Shown here piece by piece: positions 18,568 through 27,767 of a stretch of 32,000 nt of DNA; positions within the stretch are counted from its first letter, which is position 1, and each line of letters begins with the position of its first letter. The notes under the pieces were generated by a model. The model did not search any database and was not told the origin of the DNA. It worked only from the letters and a program-made list of their open reading frames with translations. A program made the position numbers and the translations under genes. The stretch lies in the NCBI RefSeq assembly GCF_000145295.1, contig NC_014408.1, positions 240,001 through 272,000 of the forward strand, read 5' to 3'. The stretch comes from Methanothermobacter marburgensis str. Marburg (lineage in GTDB: Archaea; Methanobacteriota; Methanobacteria; Methanobacteriales; Methanothermobacteraceae).

Positions 18568-19578
18568 ATGGCTCACGTGGCTGAATGGAAGAAGAAGGAG
18601 GTTCAGGAGCTCCAGGACCTCATCAAAAGTCATGAAGTGGTTGGTATAGCTAACCTTGCAGATATACCTGCAAGACAGCTACAGAAGATGCGCCAGACAC
18701 TCCGTGACAGTGCACTCATCAGAATGTCAAAGAAGACACTGATCAGCCTTGCCCTGGAAAAAGCTGGCAAAGAACTTGAAAACGTTGATTCCCTCTCTGA
18801 TTATATGGAGGGCCAGCCTGCACTCATATTCACTGATATGAACCCATTCAAACTCTTCAAGATTCTTGAGGACAGCAAAACCCCTGCCCCTGCCAAGCCA
18901 GGCGCCATAGCTCCGGCAGATATAGTTGTCCCCAAGGGGGATACCGGCTTTGCCCCGGGCCCAATCCTGGGGGAGCTTCAGCAGATAGGCATCCCCGCCA
19001 AGATCGAGAAGGGAAAGATCGTGGTTTCAAATGACCATGTTGTGGTGAAGGCCGGGGAGGAGATACCCCCCAAGGTGGCAGGAATATTAACAAGACTGGA
19101 TATACAGCCACTTGAGGTTGGAATAGACCTCAGGGCAGCATATGAAAATCAGACAGTCTACACAGCAGACATCCTGACCATAGATGAGGAAAAAACCTTA
19201 TCTGACATTCAGAAAGCATTTTCACAGGCATTTAACCTGTCAGTTAACGCAGTCATATACACACGCGAAACAATGCCTGCGATTATCCAGAAGGCTGCTT
19301 CGAAGTCATTCAACCTTGCATACAATGCATCAATCCTCACCTCAGAGACAACTGATCTGCTGCTTGCAAAGGCCTATGCCCAGATGCTTGCACTGGCCGC
19401 TGCAGCTGCAGAGGTTAACGCTGAAGCAGTTGATGATGAACTGAGGGATAAATTGTCTTCAAGGGCAGCAGCACCCGCCCCTGAAGAGAAAGAGGAAGAG
19501 GTTGAAGAAGAAGCTGAAGAGGAAGAAGAAGAGGAAGAAGAGGATGCAGCCGCTGGTCTCGGCGCACTCTTCGGATAA
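18568..19578 (+). CDS. rplP0: 50S ribosomal stalk protein P0 (uL10)
   Basis: [12 protein letters not shown]-terminus and an acidic Ala/Glu-rich tail ending [10 protein letters not shown]. Confidence 0.95.
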   Translation: MAHVAEWKKKEVQELQDLIKSHEVVGIANLADIPARQLQKMRQTLRDSALIRMSKKTLISLALEKAGKELENVDSLSDYMEGQPALIFTDMNPFKLFKILEDSKTPAPAKPGAIAPADIVVPKGDTGFAPGPILGELQQIGIPAKIEKGKIVVSNDHVVVKAGEEIPPKVAGILTRLDIQPLEVGIDLRAAYENQTVYTADILTIDEEKTLSDIQKAFSQAFNLSVNAVIYTRETMPAIIQKAASKSFNLAYNASILTSETTDLLLAKAYAQMLALAAAAAEVNAEAVDDELRDKLSSRAAAPAPEEKEEEVEEEAEEEEEEEEEDAAAGLGALFG

Positions 19579-19629
19579 ACGCTTTACTGGCATAGTTAAC
19601 CTAAAAAAATAAAAATTTGAGGTGATCAT

Positions 19630-19938
19630 ATGGAATACATATACGCAGCAATGTTACTGCACACAACCGGTAAGGAGATCAACGAAGAAAACGTTAAAAG
19701 TGTCCTTGAAGCAGCAGGCGCTGAAGTGGATGATGCAAGGGTCAAGGCTCTAATAGCAGCCCTTGAAGATGTGGACATTGAAGAGGCAATGGAAACAACA
19801 GCTGTAGCAGCAGCACCTGCAGCAGCCGCAGCACCTGCAGCAGCAGCCGAAGAGGCTGAAGAAGAAGAGGAAGAAGAAGAGGAAGAAGAGGAAGCTGAAG
19901 AGGAAGCAGCAGCCGGTCTCGGCGCACTCTTCGGTTAA
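19630..19938 (+). CDS. rpl12: 50S ribosomal stalk protein P1 (archaeal L12)
   Basis: [12 protein letters not shown]-terminus and an acidic tail ending [10 protein letters not shown]. Preceded by GAGGTGATC. Confidence 0.95.
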   Translation: MEYIYAAMLLHTTGKEINEENVKSVLEAAGAEVDDARVKALIAALEDVDIEEAMETTAVAAAPAAAAAPAAAAEEAEEEEEEEEEEEEAEEEAAAGLGALFG

Positions 19939-19940
19939 AC

Positions 19941-19988
19941 TCTTTTCTATTTTTCCCTGCCATAACAAATGGCAAAAAATTTATTTTT
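19941..19988 (+). terminator. putative terminator after rpl12 (oligo-T runs flanking a 6-bp hairpin)
   Basis: tcttttctattttt, then the hairpin tgccat-aacaa-atggca (19958-19974), then ttattttt. Confidence 0.5.
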
Positions 19989-20004
19989 CCTGATTCTGAT
20001 TCTA

Positions 20005-20013
20005 TTTATAAAA
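20005..20013 (+). promoter_or_regulatory. TATA box upstream of alaS
   Basis: TTTATAAAA lies 11-20 nt before the two candidate ATGs (20024, 20033). This spacing suggests a very short leader or a leaderless mRNA. Confidence 0.4.
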
Positions 20014-20023
20014 ACTGTTTTCA

Positions 20024-22720
20024 ATGATTACCATGTCTCGTCAGCTTGAAGAACTGGGTTACAGAAAATATGAATGCGAGTCCTGTGGGAACACCTTCTG
20101 GTCAATAAGGGAACGCAGAACATGTGGAGATGCCCCCTGTGATGAATACGATTTTATAGGAAATCCCGCAACCTCGAGGAGCTATGACCTGTACGAGATA
20201 CAGGATGAATTCATAGAATTCTTCGCTGAAAGGGGCCATGAGCCCATCAGAAGATATCCGGTACTTGCAAAGCGCTGGCGGGACGACGTGTTTCTTGTTG
20301 GAGCATCCATATACAACTTTCAGCCATGGGTGACATCAGGCCTTGTGAAGCCCCCTGCAAACCCCCTGGTGGTTGCACAGCCGTCAATAAGACTCAACGA
20401 CGTTGATAACGTTGGAAGAACAGGGAGACACCTCACATGCTTCACCATGGGTGGACACCACGCATTCAACTCTGAAGATAACACAGTTTACTGGGAAGAA
20501 GAGACAATAAAGTACTGCCACGAATTCCTGACTCACATAGGCATTGATCCATTTGAGATAACATTCATAGAATCCTGGTGGCAGGGCGGCGGAAACGAGG
20601 GGCCCTGCTATGAGGTCTGTGTCCGTGGCGTCGAACTGGCGACCCTCGTTTTTATACAGTACCGCACCCTACCAGATGGTGGCAGGGAGGAGATCCCACT
20701 TAAAATAGTTGACACCGGGTATGGGCTTGAGAGATTTGCCTGGATATCCCAGGGGACACCAACAGCCTATGACGCATGTTTTGGCCCGGTAATTGAGAAG
20801 CTGATTGAACTGACAGGCGTGGAGGTCAACGAGGAGATACTGGCAGAAAATGCCCGTGTGGCCGGGATGATGGATATAGAAACCTATGCTGATCTCAGGG
20901 AACTTCGAAAAAGGGTTGCTGATAAACTTGGAATCTCAGCCACTGAACTCGAGCGTGCAGCAGCCCCCATGGAGTCCATTTATGCCATAGCAGACCATAC
21001 GCGCTGTCTTGCCTTCATGCTTGCAGATGGTGTCATACCCTCAAATGTAAAGGAGGGCTACCTTGCGAGGCTCATAATCCGGAGGACACTTAGGCTCATG
21101 AAGGAACTCGGCATGAGGGAGTCCCTGAAGGATATAATGAACATCCAGGTGGAGTTCCTTGAGGGTCATTACCCTGAGATAAGGGAGCACCATGAACACA
21201 TACTCAGCATCATAGACCTTGAGGAACACAGGTATGCAAAGACCGTGACAAGGGGCCGGAGGATTGTGGAGAAGACCATAAAATACCTCAGGAAGGATAA
21301 TAAGAGCGAGATGCCCCTTGAAATCCTTATAAAATTATATGACTCCCATGGAATCCCCCCTGAAACCATAAAGGAGATAGCAGAGGAATCAGGGTTCAGT
21401 GTTAAAATCCCTGACAACTTCTACACCCTGGTTGCGGAGATGAATGAGGCTGAAACTGAAGCCCCGGAGGAGGACCTTCATCTTGATTACCCCCAGACAG
21501 AGCTCCTCTTCTATGAACAACCCGATGGCCTGGAATTCGAAGCCAGTGTGCTGGGGGTATATGAGGACGGTGTCATACTTGATAGAACACTCTTTTACCC
21601 TGAGGGAGGAGGTCAGCCATCTGACACTGGATACATTGAGTCAGACGGCTGCAGGATCCGGATAAAGCATGCAGAGAAGATAGGTAATGTGGTACTCCAC
21701 AGGACAGACGATGAAATCTGCCTCAAACCAGGGGAAACTGTAAGGGGCCGGATTGATTCAGATAGAAGACTTCAGCTTACAAGGAACCACACAGCAACCC
21801 ACCTGATAGTTGCAGCTGCAAGGAGGGTCCTTGGAGACCACATATGGCAGGCAGGGGCCCAGAAGGGTGTTAAGAGTTCAAGGATAGACTTATCACATTA
21901 CAGGAGGATAACTCAGGAGGAACTTGATGAGATAGAGAGGCTGGCCAACGAATACGTCATGAGAAACATCCCCCTTGATGTCAGGTGGATGGACAGGGAC
22001 ATTGCAGAGAAAAGGTATGGATTCATACTCTACCAGGGGGGCGTTGTTCCGGGCTCCATGATAAGGGTCGTTGAGATTCCAGGGGTGGATGTGCAGGCAT
22101 GTGCAGGGACCCATGTTAAGAGAACCGGGGACATAGGCCTCATAATGATCAACCGGACTGAACGCATACAGGATGGTGTTGAGAGGATAGAATTCTCTGC
22201 AGGGGCATCGGCCATTGAACTCATGCAGAAAAACCGGGATATACTGAGGGAAAGTGCAGATGTATTCAAGGTAACACCATCACAGCTTCCACGCACCTCT
22301 GAGAGATTCTTCACAGAGTGGAAGGCCCTCAGAAATGAGGTTTCACGCCTCAAGGAGGAAATGGCTTCACTCAAAATCCTGGAGGTAAGGGATAGGGTGG
22401 AGGACCTCAACGGCCTGAGGGTCATCATAGACACTGTTGAGGCTGACATGGATGAGATGAAGAACATGGCCCTTGAACTCACAGAATCAGCTGATGCAGT
22501 TATCCTTGCAAATTCAGAGGGCCAGATAGTTGGGGCGGCCTCTGATGACGCTGTCAAAAGGGGTTTAAGGATAAATGAGGTTATAGCATCAGCTGCAAGG
22601 GTCCTTGGAGGTGGAGGTGGTGGAAAGCCACACCTTGCACAGGGAGCAGGTAAAGGAAAGGATAAAATCCATGAGGCTCTTGAGGAGGCAAGATCCTCAC
22701 TTGAATCCTTTGGGGGATGA
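20024..22720 (+). CDS. alaS: alanine--tRNA ligase
   Basis: Archaeal AlaRS: Cys-rich N-terminus, HxxxH...CxxxH editing-domain metal motif (NHTATHL ... CAGTHV), and a C-terminal DHHA1-like GGGGGGKPHLAQGAG. Alternative start at 20033. Confidence 0.95.
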   Translation: MITMSRQLEELGYRKYECESCGNTFWSIRERRTCGDAPCDEYDFIGNPATSRSYDLYEIQDEFIEFFAERGHEPIRRYPVLAKRWRDDVFLVGASIYNFQPWVTSGLVKPPANPLVVAQPSIRLNDVDNVGRTGRHLTCFTMGGHHAFNSEDNTVYWEEETIKYCHEFLTHIGIDPFEITFIESWWQGGGNEGPCYEVCVRGVELATLVFIQYRTLPDGGREEIPLKIVDTGYGLERFAWISQGTPTAYDACFGPVIEKLIELTGVEVNEEILAENARVAGMMDIETYADLRELRKRVADKLGISATELERAAAPMESIYAIADHTRCLAFMLADGVIPSNVKEGYLARLIIRRTLRLMKELGMRESLKDIMNIQVEFLEGHYPEIREHHEHILSIIDLEEHRYAKTVTRGRRIVEKTIKYLRKDNKSEMPLEILIKLYDSHGIPPETIKEIAEESGFSVKIPDNFYTLVAEMNEAETEAPEEDLHLDYPQTELLFYEQPDGLEFEASVLGVYEDGVILDRTLFYPEGGGQPSDTGYIESDGCRIRIKHAEKIGNVVLHRTDDEICLKPGETVRGRIDSDRRLQLTRNHTATHLIVAAARRVLGDHIWQAGAQKGVKSSRIDLSHYRRITQEELDEIERLANEYVMRNIPLDVRWMDRDIAEKRYGFILYQGGVVPGSMIRVVEIPGVDVQACAGTHVKRTGDIGLIMINRTERIQDGVERIEFSAGASAIELMQKNRDILRESADVFKVTPSQLPRTSERFFTEWKALRNEVSRLKEEMASLKILEVRDRVEDLNGLRVIIDTVEADMDEMKNMALELTESADAVILANSEGQIVGAASDDAVKRGLRINEVIASAARVLGGGGGGKPHLAQGAGKGKDKIHEALEEARSSLESFGG

Positions 22721-22759
22721 ATTTGAGGATTGTAAAATAACTGTTCTTGTTGTTTTCTG

Positions 22760-24007
22760 GTGATTAATTTGAGGAGGACCATCTCAGAAATAAATGAGAG
22801 GATACTGGATGGTGAAGCAACCGTTTTAACAGCCGGGGAACTCAAGGAGCTGGTCCTCAACGATGAGGCCCCATCTGCAGATGAGGTTGACGTGGTAACA
22901 GCGGCCACCTGCGGTGTAATGTCCGGGACAGCAGCGGTAATGCATTTCAGGGTATCTGAACCTGGTTCATTCAGGAAGGCTGTTTCAGCTGAACTGAATG
23001 GCATACCAGCGTATCCTGGCCCATGTCCAAATGAAAACCTGGGTTCAGTGGACCTCTTCATTTATGGGACAGCCAGAAGCGTCAGGGACCCTGAATATGG
23101 CGGCGGATTTCTTCTCAGGGACCTTCTCATTGGATCTGAGGTTGATGTGACTGTAAAGTCAGAGGATGGAACTTCCATTGAATCCACAGTTACCCTGAAG
23201 GATATTGAAACAGCGAGGATCATAGGAACAAGGATGGCATTCAGAAACTACACAGCAATTGTCAATCCATCAGATAAACCTGTAAGATCCATATTCAATG
23301 CATTTGAAATGCCACCCCACTGTGGAGGCCTCTCATTCTCAGGCTGCGGTGACATCAATCCCCTTGAAAATGATCCAGGCATGGAGGCCATCAGGAGGGG
23401 AACCAGCGTACTCTTAAATGGTGCCAGGGGCCTCGTGCTGGGTGAGGGTACAAGGAGCAGCCCTGAAAGACCAAATCTCATGCTGAGCGGGGACCTGCAT
23501 GATATGAAACCTGATTACATTGGGGGATTCAGGACAGCCGCAGGACCCGAGATATTCAACACCATCGCAGTCCCACTGCCCGTGACATCTGAGAGGGTCT
23601 TTGAGAGACTGCTGGTTCTTAATTCAGATATAGGGTTACCTGTTGCAGACGTGAGGGATCGATCAAGGATAATCCATGATCTGACATATGCGGATACATG
23701 GGCTGGTGACGAGAGACCCACCTATAACCCTGAAAGGTGTGCTGACTGCCTCCCATGCCTGGCAGCGGAGAGGTGCCCAACCCATGCAATAGGGGATGGA
23801 CTGGACACCGATAGGTGCTTCGGATGCGGTGTATGTGCCTTCTCATGTCCCTACGGGGCGTATGAGATGGATACAGGTGAGGTCAGGATTGGTGATAGGA
23901 CGGTACCCATCGTATGCAGACAGTCAGACAGGGTGAGGGCATCCAGCCTCGCCCGTGAACTCAAAGAACTCATAGAAAAGGGTAATTTCCTCATAGGGGG
24001 GTGTTAG
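22760..24007 (+). CDS. COG1900/DUF39 (homocysteine-biosynthesis-type sulfur-insertion) domain fused to a 2x[4Fe-4S] ferredoxin domain
   Basis: N-terminal TISEINERILDGEATVLTAGEL and TAATCGVMSGT, typical of COG1900. C-terminal CADCLPC...CP and CFGCGVCAFSCP. The start may be TTG 22769 (GGTGA upstream). Confidence 0.75.
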   Translation: MINLRRTISEINERILDGEATVLTAGELKELVLNDEAPSADEVDVVTAATCGVMSGTAAVMHFRVSEPGSFRKAVSAELNGIPAYPGPCPNENLGSVDLFIYGTARSVRDPEYGGGFLLRDLLIGSEVDVTVKSEDGTSIESTVTLKDIETARIIGTRMAFRNYTAIVNPSDKPVRSIFNAFEMPPHCGGLSFSGCGDINPLENDPGMEAIRRGTSVLLNGARGLVLGEGTRSSPERPNLMLSGDLHDMKPDYIGGFRTAAGPEIFNTIAVPLPVTSERVFERLLVLNSDIGLPVADVRDRSRIIHDLTYADTWAGDERPTYNPERCADCLPCLAAERCPTHAIGDGLDTDRCFGCGVCAFSCPYGAYEMDTGEVRIGDRTVPIVCRQSDRVRASSLARELKELIEKGNFLIGGC

Positions 24008-24032
24008 TATTCTTGAATATGATGTTATACTT

Positions 24033-25175
24033 GTGAGATACGGTGAGGTTGCAATTAAGGGGCCGGCTGTTAGAAGGAGATTTGAAAAAAAACTCCTCAG
24101 CAATATAAGGGCTGCTTTCAGCTGCAGAGCAGAAATCAGGCATGGAAGAATATTCGTATTCCCTGATAACATGGATGAGGCCCTTGATAAACTTTCAAGG
24201 ATCTTTGGGGTGGTATCCTTTTCACCCGCGGTGACTGTGGAAACCGATTTTGATGTTATAGAGGTGGCGCTCCGGGAATATGTGGGTGAACTGAAACTGG
24301 AGGGTCTCATCACAGAGAGAACACCCTTTGCCATAAGATGCAGAAGGGTTGGGCAGCATGACTTCACAAGCCAGGAGATGGCAGCCTTTGCAGGTTCAGT
24401 TGTGGTCAGGGAGATCGGGGCCCCGGTGGACCTTGGAAACCCTGACCTTGAGATCCACCTTGAAATAAGGGAGAACAGGACATACATCTACCACAGGGTC
24501 ATCCAGGGTCCTGGCGGCCTGCCTGCCGGTACCCAGGGCAAGGTTGTTGCCCTTTTATCCGGGGGAATAGACTCACCTGTTGCCACATATCTCCTCATGA
24601 AGAGGGGATGCCAGGTCGTTGCGGTCCACACCGATAACTCACCATTCACAGCTCCCGAGTCCCTTGATAAGGTTGAGAAAATCGCTTCAAAACTTGAGGA
24701 GTATTCTGCTGGAGTTGAATTCAAACTCAGAATTTTCAGGTATGGAAGTTACCTTGAAAAATGCAGGAGAGAAGCCCCTGAGAATATGACTTGCGTCCTA
24801 TGTAAGGCTGGAATGTACCGCCTCGCCGAGATGGTTGCAGAGGAGGAGGGGGCACTTGCAATAGTGGATGGGAGCAGCCTCGGGCAGGTGGCATCCCAGA
24901 CCCTTCCAAACATCCTCGCCACAAGGATGGCGGTGAGGATGCCTGTCCTCAGCCCCCTCATAGGCATGGATAAGGTGGAGATAGAGGCCCTTGCAAAGAG
25001 GATAGGCACCTATGACATCTCGGTGATACCCGATGGTGGATGCGGTGCTGTACCCCGCCATCCCTCAACGGCAGCGGATACAGCCTCCATCAGGGAACTC
25101 TCAGAAAAAATCCAGGTTGAAGATGAAATTGAGAAGATATTCAGATCAGCTTCAGAAACAGAAAGCCCTGAATGA
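24033..25175 (+). CDS. thiI: tRNA 4-thiouridine/thiamine sulfurtransferase ThiI (THUMP + PP-loop, no rhodanese domain)
   Basis: RYGEVAIKG, PP-loop LLSGGIDSPVA, and a CVLC plus GGCGAVP Cys triad. GTG 24033 is the only canonical start, but conserved residues continue upstream to 24009 (see findings). Confidence 0.9.
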   Translation: MRYGEVAIKGPAVRRRFEKKLLSNIRAAFSCRAEIRHGRIFVFPDNMDEALDKLSRIFGVVSFSPAVTVETDFDVIEVALREYVGELKLEGLITERTPFAIRCRRVGQHDFTSQEMAAFAGSVVVREIGAPVDLGNPDLEIHLEIRENRTYIYHRVIQGPGGLPAGTQGKVVALLSGGIDSPVATYLLMKRGCQVVAVHTDNSPFTAPESLDKVEKIASKLEEYSAGVEFKLRIFRYGSYLEKCRREAPENMTCVLCKAGMYRLAEMVAEEEGALAIVDGSSLGQVASQTLPNILATRMAVRMPVLSPLIGMDKVEIEALAKRIGTYDISVIPDGGCGAVPRHPSTAADTASIRELSEKIQVEDEIEKIFRSASETESPE

Positions 25176-25222
25176 TCGTTGCAGATTCTGTGGATAACTT
25201 TTTAAATAATCAGATCACATCT

Positions 25223-25230
25223 TTTATATA
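25223..25230 (+). promoter_or_regulatory. TATA box upstream of fbp
   Basis: TTTATATA lies about 41 nt before ATG 25271, with GGAGGTG at 25262-25268. Confidence 0.5.
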
Positions 25231-25270
25231 AAGAATCCAGTTAATTAACTCACTATCTTCTGGAGGTGTA

Positions 25271-26371
25271 ATGATGAAAACAACCATTAGTGTAATTAAA
25301 GCAGACGTTGGAAGCGTAGCAGGTCACGCAGTCGCACATGAGGCATTAAAGAAAAAGTGCGACGAGATACTGGCAGAAGCCAGGGATACAGGAATCCTTG
25401 AGGATTATTATATTACCAACTGTGGAGATGACATTGACCTCATAATGACCCACAGAAACGGTGAAGAAAATGAGGAGGTTCACCAGACAGCATGGAACGC
25501 CTTCAGGGAAGCCACAGAGGTGGCCAGGGGCTTAAAACTTTACGGTGCAGGGCAGGACCTCCTCTCAGACACATTCTCAGGAAACATCAAGGGTATGGGC
25601 CCTGGGTGCGCTGAAATGGAATTTAAGGAGAGGCCAAGCGATCCTGTTATAATTTTCTGCTGCGACAAGACAGAACCTGGAGCGTTTAACCTGCCCCTCT
25701 TCAGAATGTTTGCAGACCCATTCAACACCGCGGGCCTTGTTATCGATCCAACACTTCACAACGGATACGAATTCGAGGTCTTTGATGTTGTTGAACACAA
25801 AAAGGTTACAATGGCATGCCCTGATGAGATGTACGACCTCCTCGCCCTCCTGGGTTCAATCAGCCGCTACGTGATAAAGAAGATACACAGAAGGGACGAC
25901 GGTGAAATAGCAGCCTCTGTGAGCACAGAAAGACTGAACCTCATGGCAGGAAAGTACATAGGAAAGGATGACCCGGTCGCAATCGTAAGGGCACAGTCAG
26001 GATTCCCTGCAGCAGGAGAAGTCGTTGAACCCTTCGCATTCCCGCACCTTGTGGGTGGCTGGATGAGGGGATCACACAACGGGCCACTGATGCCTGTTGC
26101 CCAGAGGGATGCAACACCCGTCAGGTTCGACGGACCTCCAAGGGTAATAGGGCTGGGATTCCAGATCGCAGACTGCAAACTCGTGGGCCCAATTGACATG
26201 TTTGATGACCCATCATTTGATCGCTCAAGGCAGCTTGCATCTGAAATTGCAGAGTACATGAGAAGACACGGGCCATTCGAACCCCACAGACTCCCATCAG
26301 ATGAAATGGAGTACACATCCCTTCCAGGTGTGCTTGAAAAACTCGGGGACAGATTTGAGGACATGGATTAA
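25271..26371 (+). CDS. fbp: fructose-1,6-bisphosphate aldolase/phosphatase (class V FBPase)
   Basis: MKTTISVIKADVGSVAGH N-terminus and overall collinearity with archaeal FBPA/P (YGAGQDLLSD, GMGPG, GWMRGSHNGPLMP). Confidence 0.93.
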   Translation: MMKTTISVIKADVGSVAGHAVAHEALKKKCDEILAEARDTGILEDYYITNCGDDIDLIMTHRNGEENEEVHQTAWNAFREATEVARGLKLYGAGQDLLSDTFSGNIKGMGPGCAEMEFKERPSDPVIIFCCDKTEPGAFNLPLFRMFADPFNTAGLVIDPTLHNGYEFEVFDVVEHKKVTMACPDEMYDLLALLGSISRYVIKKIHRRDDGEIAASVSTERLNLMAGKYIGKDDPVAIVRAQSGFPAAGEVVEPFAFPHLVGGWMRGSHNGPLMPVAQRDATPVRFDGPPRVIGLGFQIADCKLVGPIDMFDDPSFDRSRQLASEIAEYMRRHGPFEPHRLPSDEMEYTSLPGVLEKLGDRFEDMD

Positions 26372-26388
26372 AGGGGCTTCCACCCACA

Positions 26389-26400
26389 TTTTATTTTTTT
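26389..26400 (+). terminator. oligo-T terminator after fbp
   Basis: ttttattttttt lies 18 nt after the stop codon, in a convergent intergenic region. Confidence 0.5.
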
Positions 26401-26462
26401 CTGAACACTGGATTCTGCCAGGCGTTGATCCTGTACTTCTAAATGATTGGTCTATCCTGTCA

Positions 26463-27104
26463 TTATCCCTTCTTTGGTTTCTTCTTGTTGATTCTCCTGA
26501 GTATCTCATGGGGAATGTCAATCACCATCTCCACAGAGTCGATCACAGCACCGTCAGCTGTTGCCACCACACCCCCACTTTTCTTAAGCCTTCTGTCAAC
26601 GCATGATGAGAGAATAGCACGTCCCTCAAGTTCCCGGGAATCCATGAGTTCCTCGACGATCTGCCTCAGTCTGCCACTGTGGCTGACGTTCCTGTCAAAG
26701 TAGAAAAACACCTCTTTAACACCTGAATCTGATAGGAAATCCATTATGGCATTCAGGGCCCTCAGGGTTACTTCACCCATCCTGTAACTCCCTGAAACAC
26801 TCCTTACATCCCGCAGAAACCCATCCTGGGCAATGAAGAACCCTTCACCCCCAAGAACGCTTTCTGTGCCTATGAGTACATTGTAGCCATCAATGTGGAC
26901 AGTGGCACCCCTGAGGGAATCTGGACTTACCAGCCGGGAGAGTCTCCTCTTTCTGGTTTCATCTGAGAAGACGTACCTTGCAAGGTAATTTCTTTCCCTC
27001 TTCCCGAGAAGATAGTGGTTTGCAACGAAATTAAGCGCAACGCGTTTACGGTAACCCCTGTTGAGGAGGTACTTCAGGTCCTCAACGGCCATTTTAAGGG
27101 TCAT
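26463..27104 (-). CDS. DUF434-type N-terminal domain fused to a NYN/PIN-like (YacP-like) putative nuclease domain
   Basis: N-terminal LKYLLNRGYRKRVALNFVANHY... resembles DUF434. The central VHIDGYNVLIG resembles the YacP/Rae1 NYN start motif. The start overlaps the upstream stop (TGATG at 27106-27102). Confidence 0.5.
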   Translation of the reverse strand: MTLKMAVEDLKYLLNRGYRKRVALNFVANHYLLGKRERNYLARYVFSDETRKRRLSRLVSPDSLRGATVHIDGYNVLIGTESVLGGEGFFIAQDGFLRDVRSVSGSYRMGEVTLRALNAIMDFLSDSGVKEVFFYFDRNVSHSGRLRQIVEELMDSRELEGRAILSSCVDRRLKKSGGVVATADGAVIDSVEMVIDIPHEILRRINKKKPKKG

Positions 27105-27757
27105 CAGCCTCTTCTCTTGGCTATTATTATGAGGGCACGGTCAGAAGCATCTTCGGCCCTGTCGGAAATGTTCCCGATCTTCCGGGTGATTTCCTTCATG
27201 TCCATGAATTTTATGACACCCATCTCCTTCTCCCTGTAGGCAGAGTAGAGGTCAGTTATGATCTTCCTCTCAATTGCATCCACCTCATCCTCAAGGCCCT
27301 CAATTTCATGGACCTTCCTCATGGCCTCCCCGAGGTCCCTTTCAAGGAGTTCCACGCACTCCTTAAGGGCGTGAACAGTCTTTTCTGTGACATCCATCAT
27401 CCTCTGGAAGTCCTCCCTGAACCCTGAGGGAAAGGAAACCCTTCCAAGGGATACAGTGAATGCGGTTGATTCAATAACGTCAGCAACCTTGTCTATGCTC
27501 TCAACGAGCATTATACGGTCCTCCCTGTCGAATGGTAGAAAGGCCCCTTCATAGAATTCAAGCTCCATTTTCCTTCTTATCTCATCGGCCTCATGCTCAC
27601 TAACCGCTATCTCCCTTGCGAGTCTAGATACACTTCTGCAGTCACCACTGTAAAATGCCTCCATCAGCTCCTCCAGCTTCAGGTAGCATTCCATGACCTT
27701 ATCAAGGTGCTTGCGCCCATACTTCTCAACTTTACCCTCTTTCATGAAAAACTTCAT
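27104..27757 (-). CDS. DUF47 / PhoU-like (TIGR00153 family) protein
   Basis: Helical PhoU-like repeat pattern (SEHEADEIRRKM, LEDEVDAIERKI, ISDRAEDASDR). Alternative start at 27745. Confidence 0.7.
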   Translation of the reverse strand: MKFFMKEGKVEKYGRKHLDKVMECYLKLEELMEAFYSGDCRSVSRLAREIAVSEHEADEIRRKMELEFYEGAFLPFDREDRIMLVESIDKVADVIESTAFTVSLGRVSFPSGFREDFQRMMDVTEKTVHALKECVELLERDLGEAMRKVHEIEGLEDEVDAIERKIITDLYSAYREKEMGVIKFMDMKEITRKIGNISDRAEDASDRALIIIAKRRG

Positions 27758-27767
27758 TTTATCTCCA

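Noticed and set aside
18073-18633. 186-aa minus-strand ORF opposite rpl1 and rplP0
   Set aside because: It is antisense to ribosomal protein genes and shows no motifs. It is a shadow ORF.
19480-19900. GAA/GAG and GCA/GCC codon runs, considered as microsatellite or CRISPR-like repeats
   Set aside because: They encode the well-known acidic, alanine-rich hinge and tail of stalk proteins P0 and P1. There is no repeat-spacer architecture.
22030-23061. 343-aa minus-strand ORF spanning the alaS 3' end and the COG1900 gene 5' end
   Set aside because: It is antisense to two well-supported genes. The translation is Ser/Ala/Pro/Thr-rich low-complexity sequence with no recognisable motifs, which is typical of a shadow ORF.
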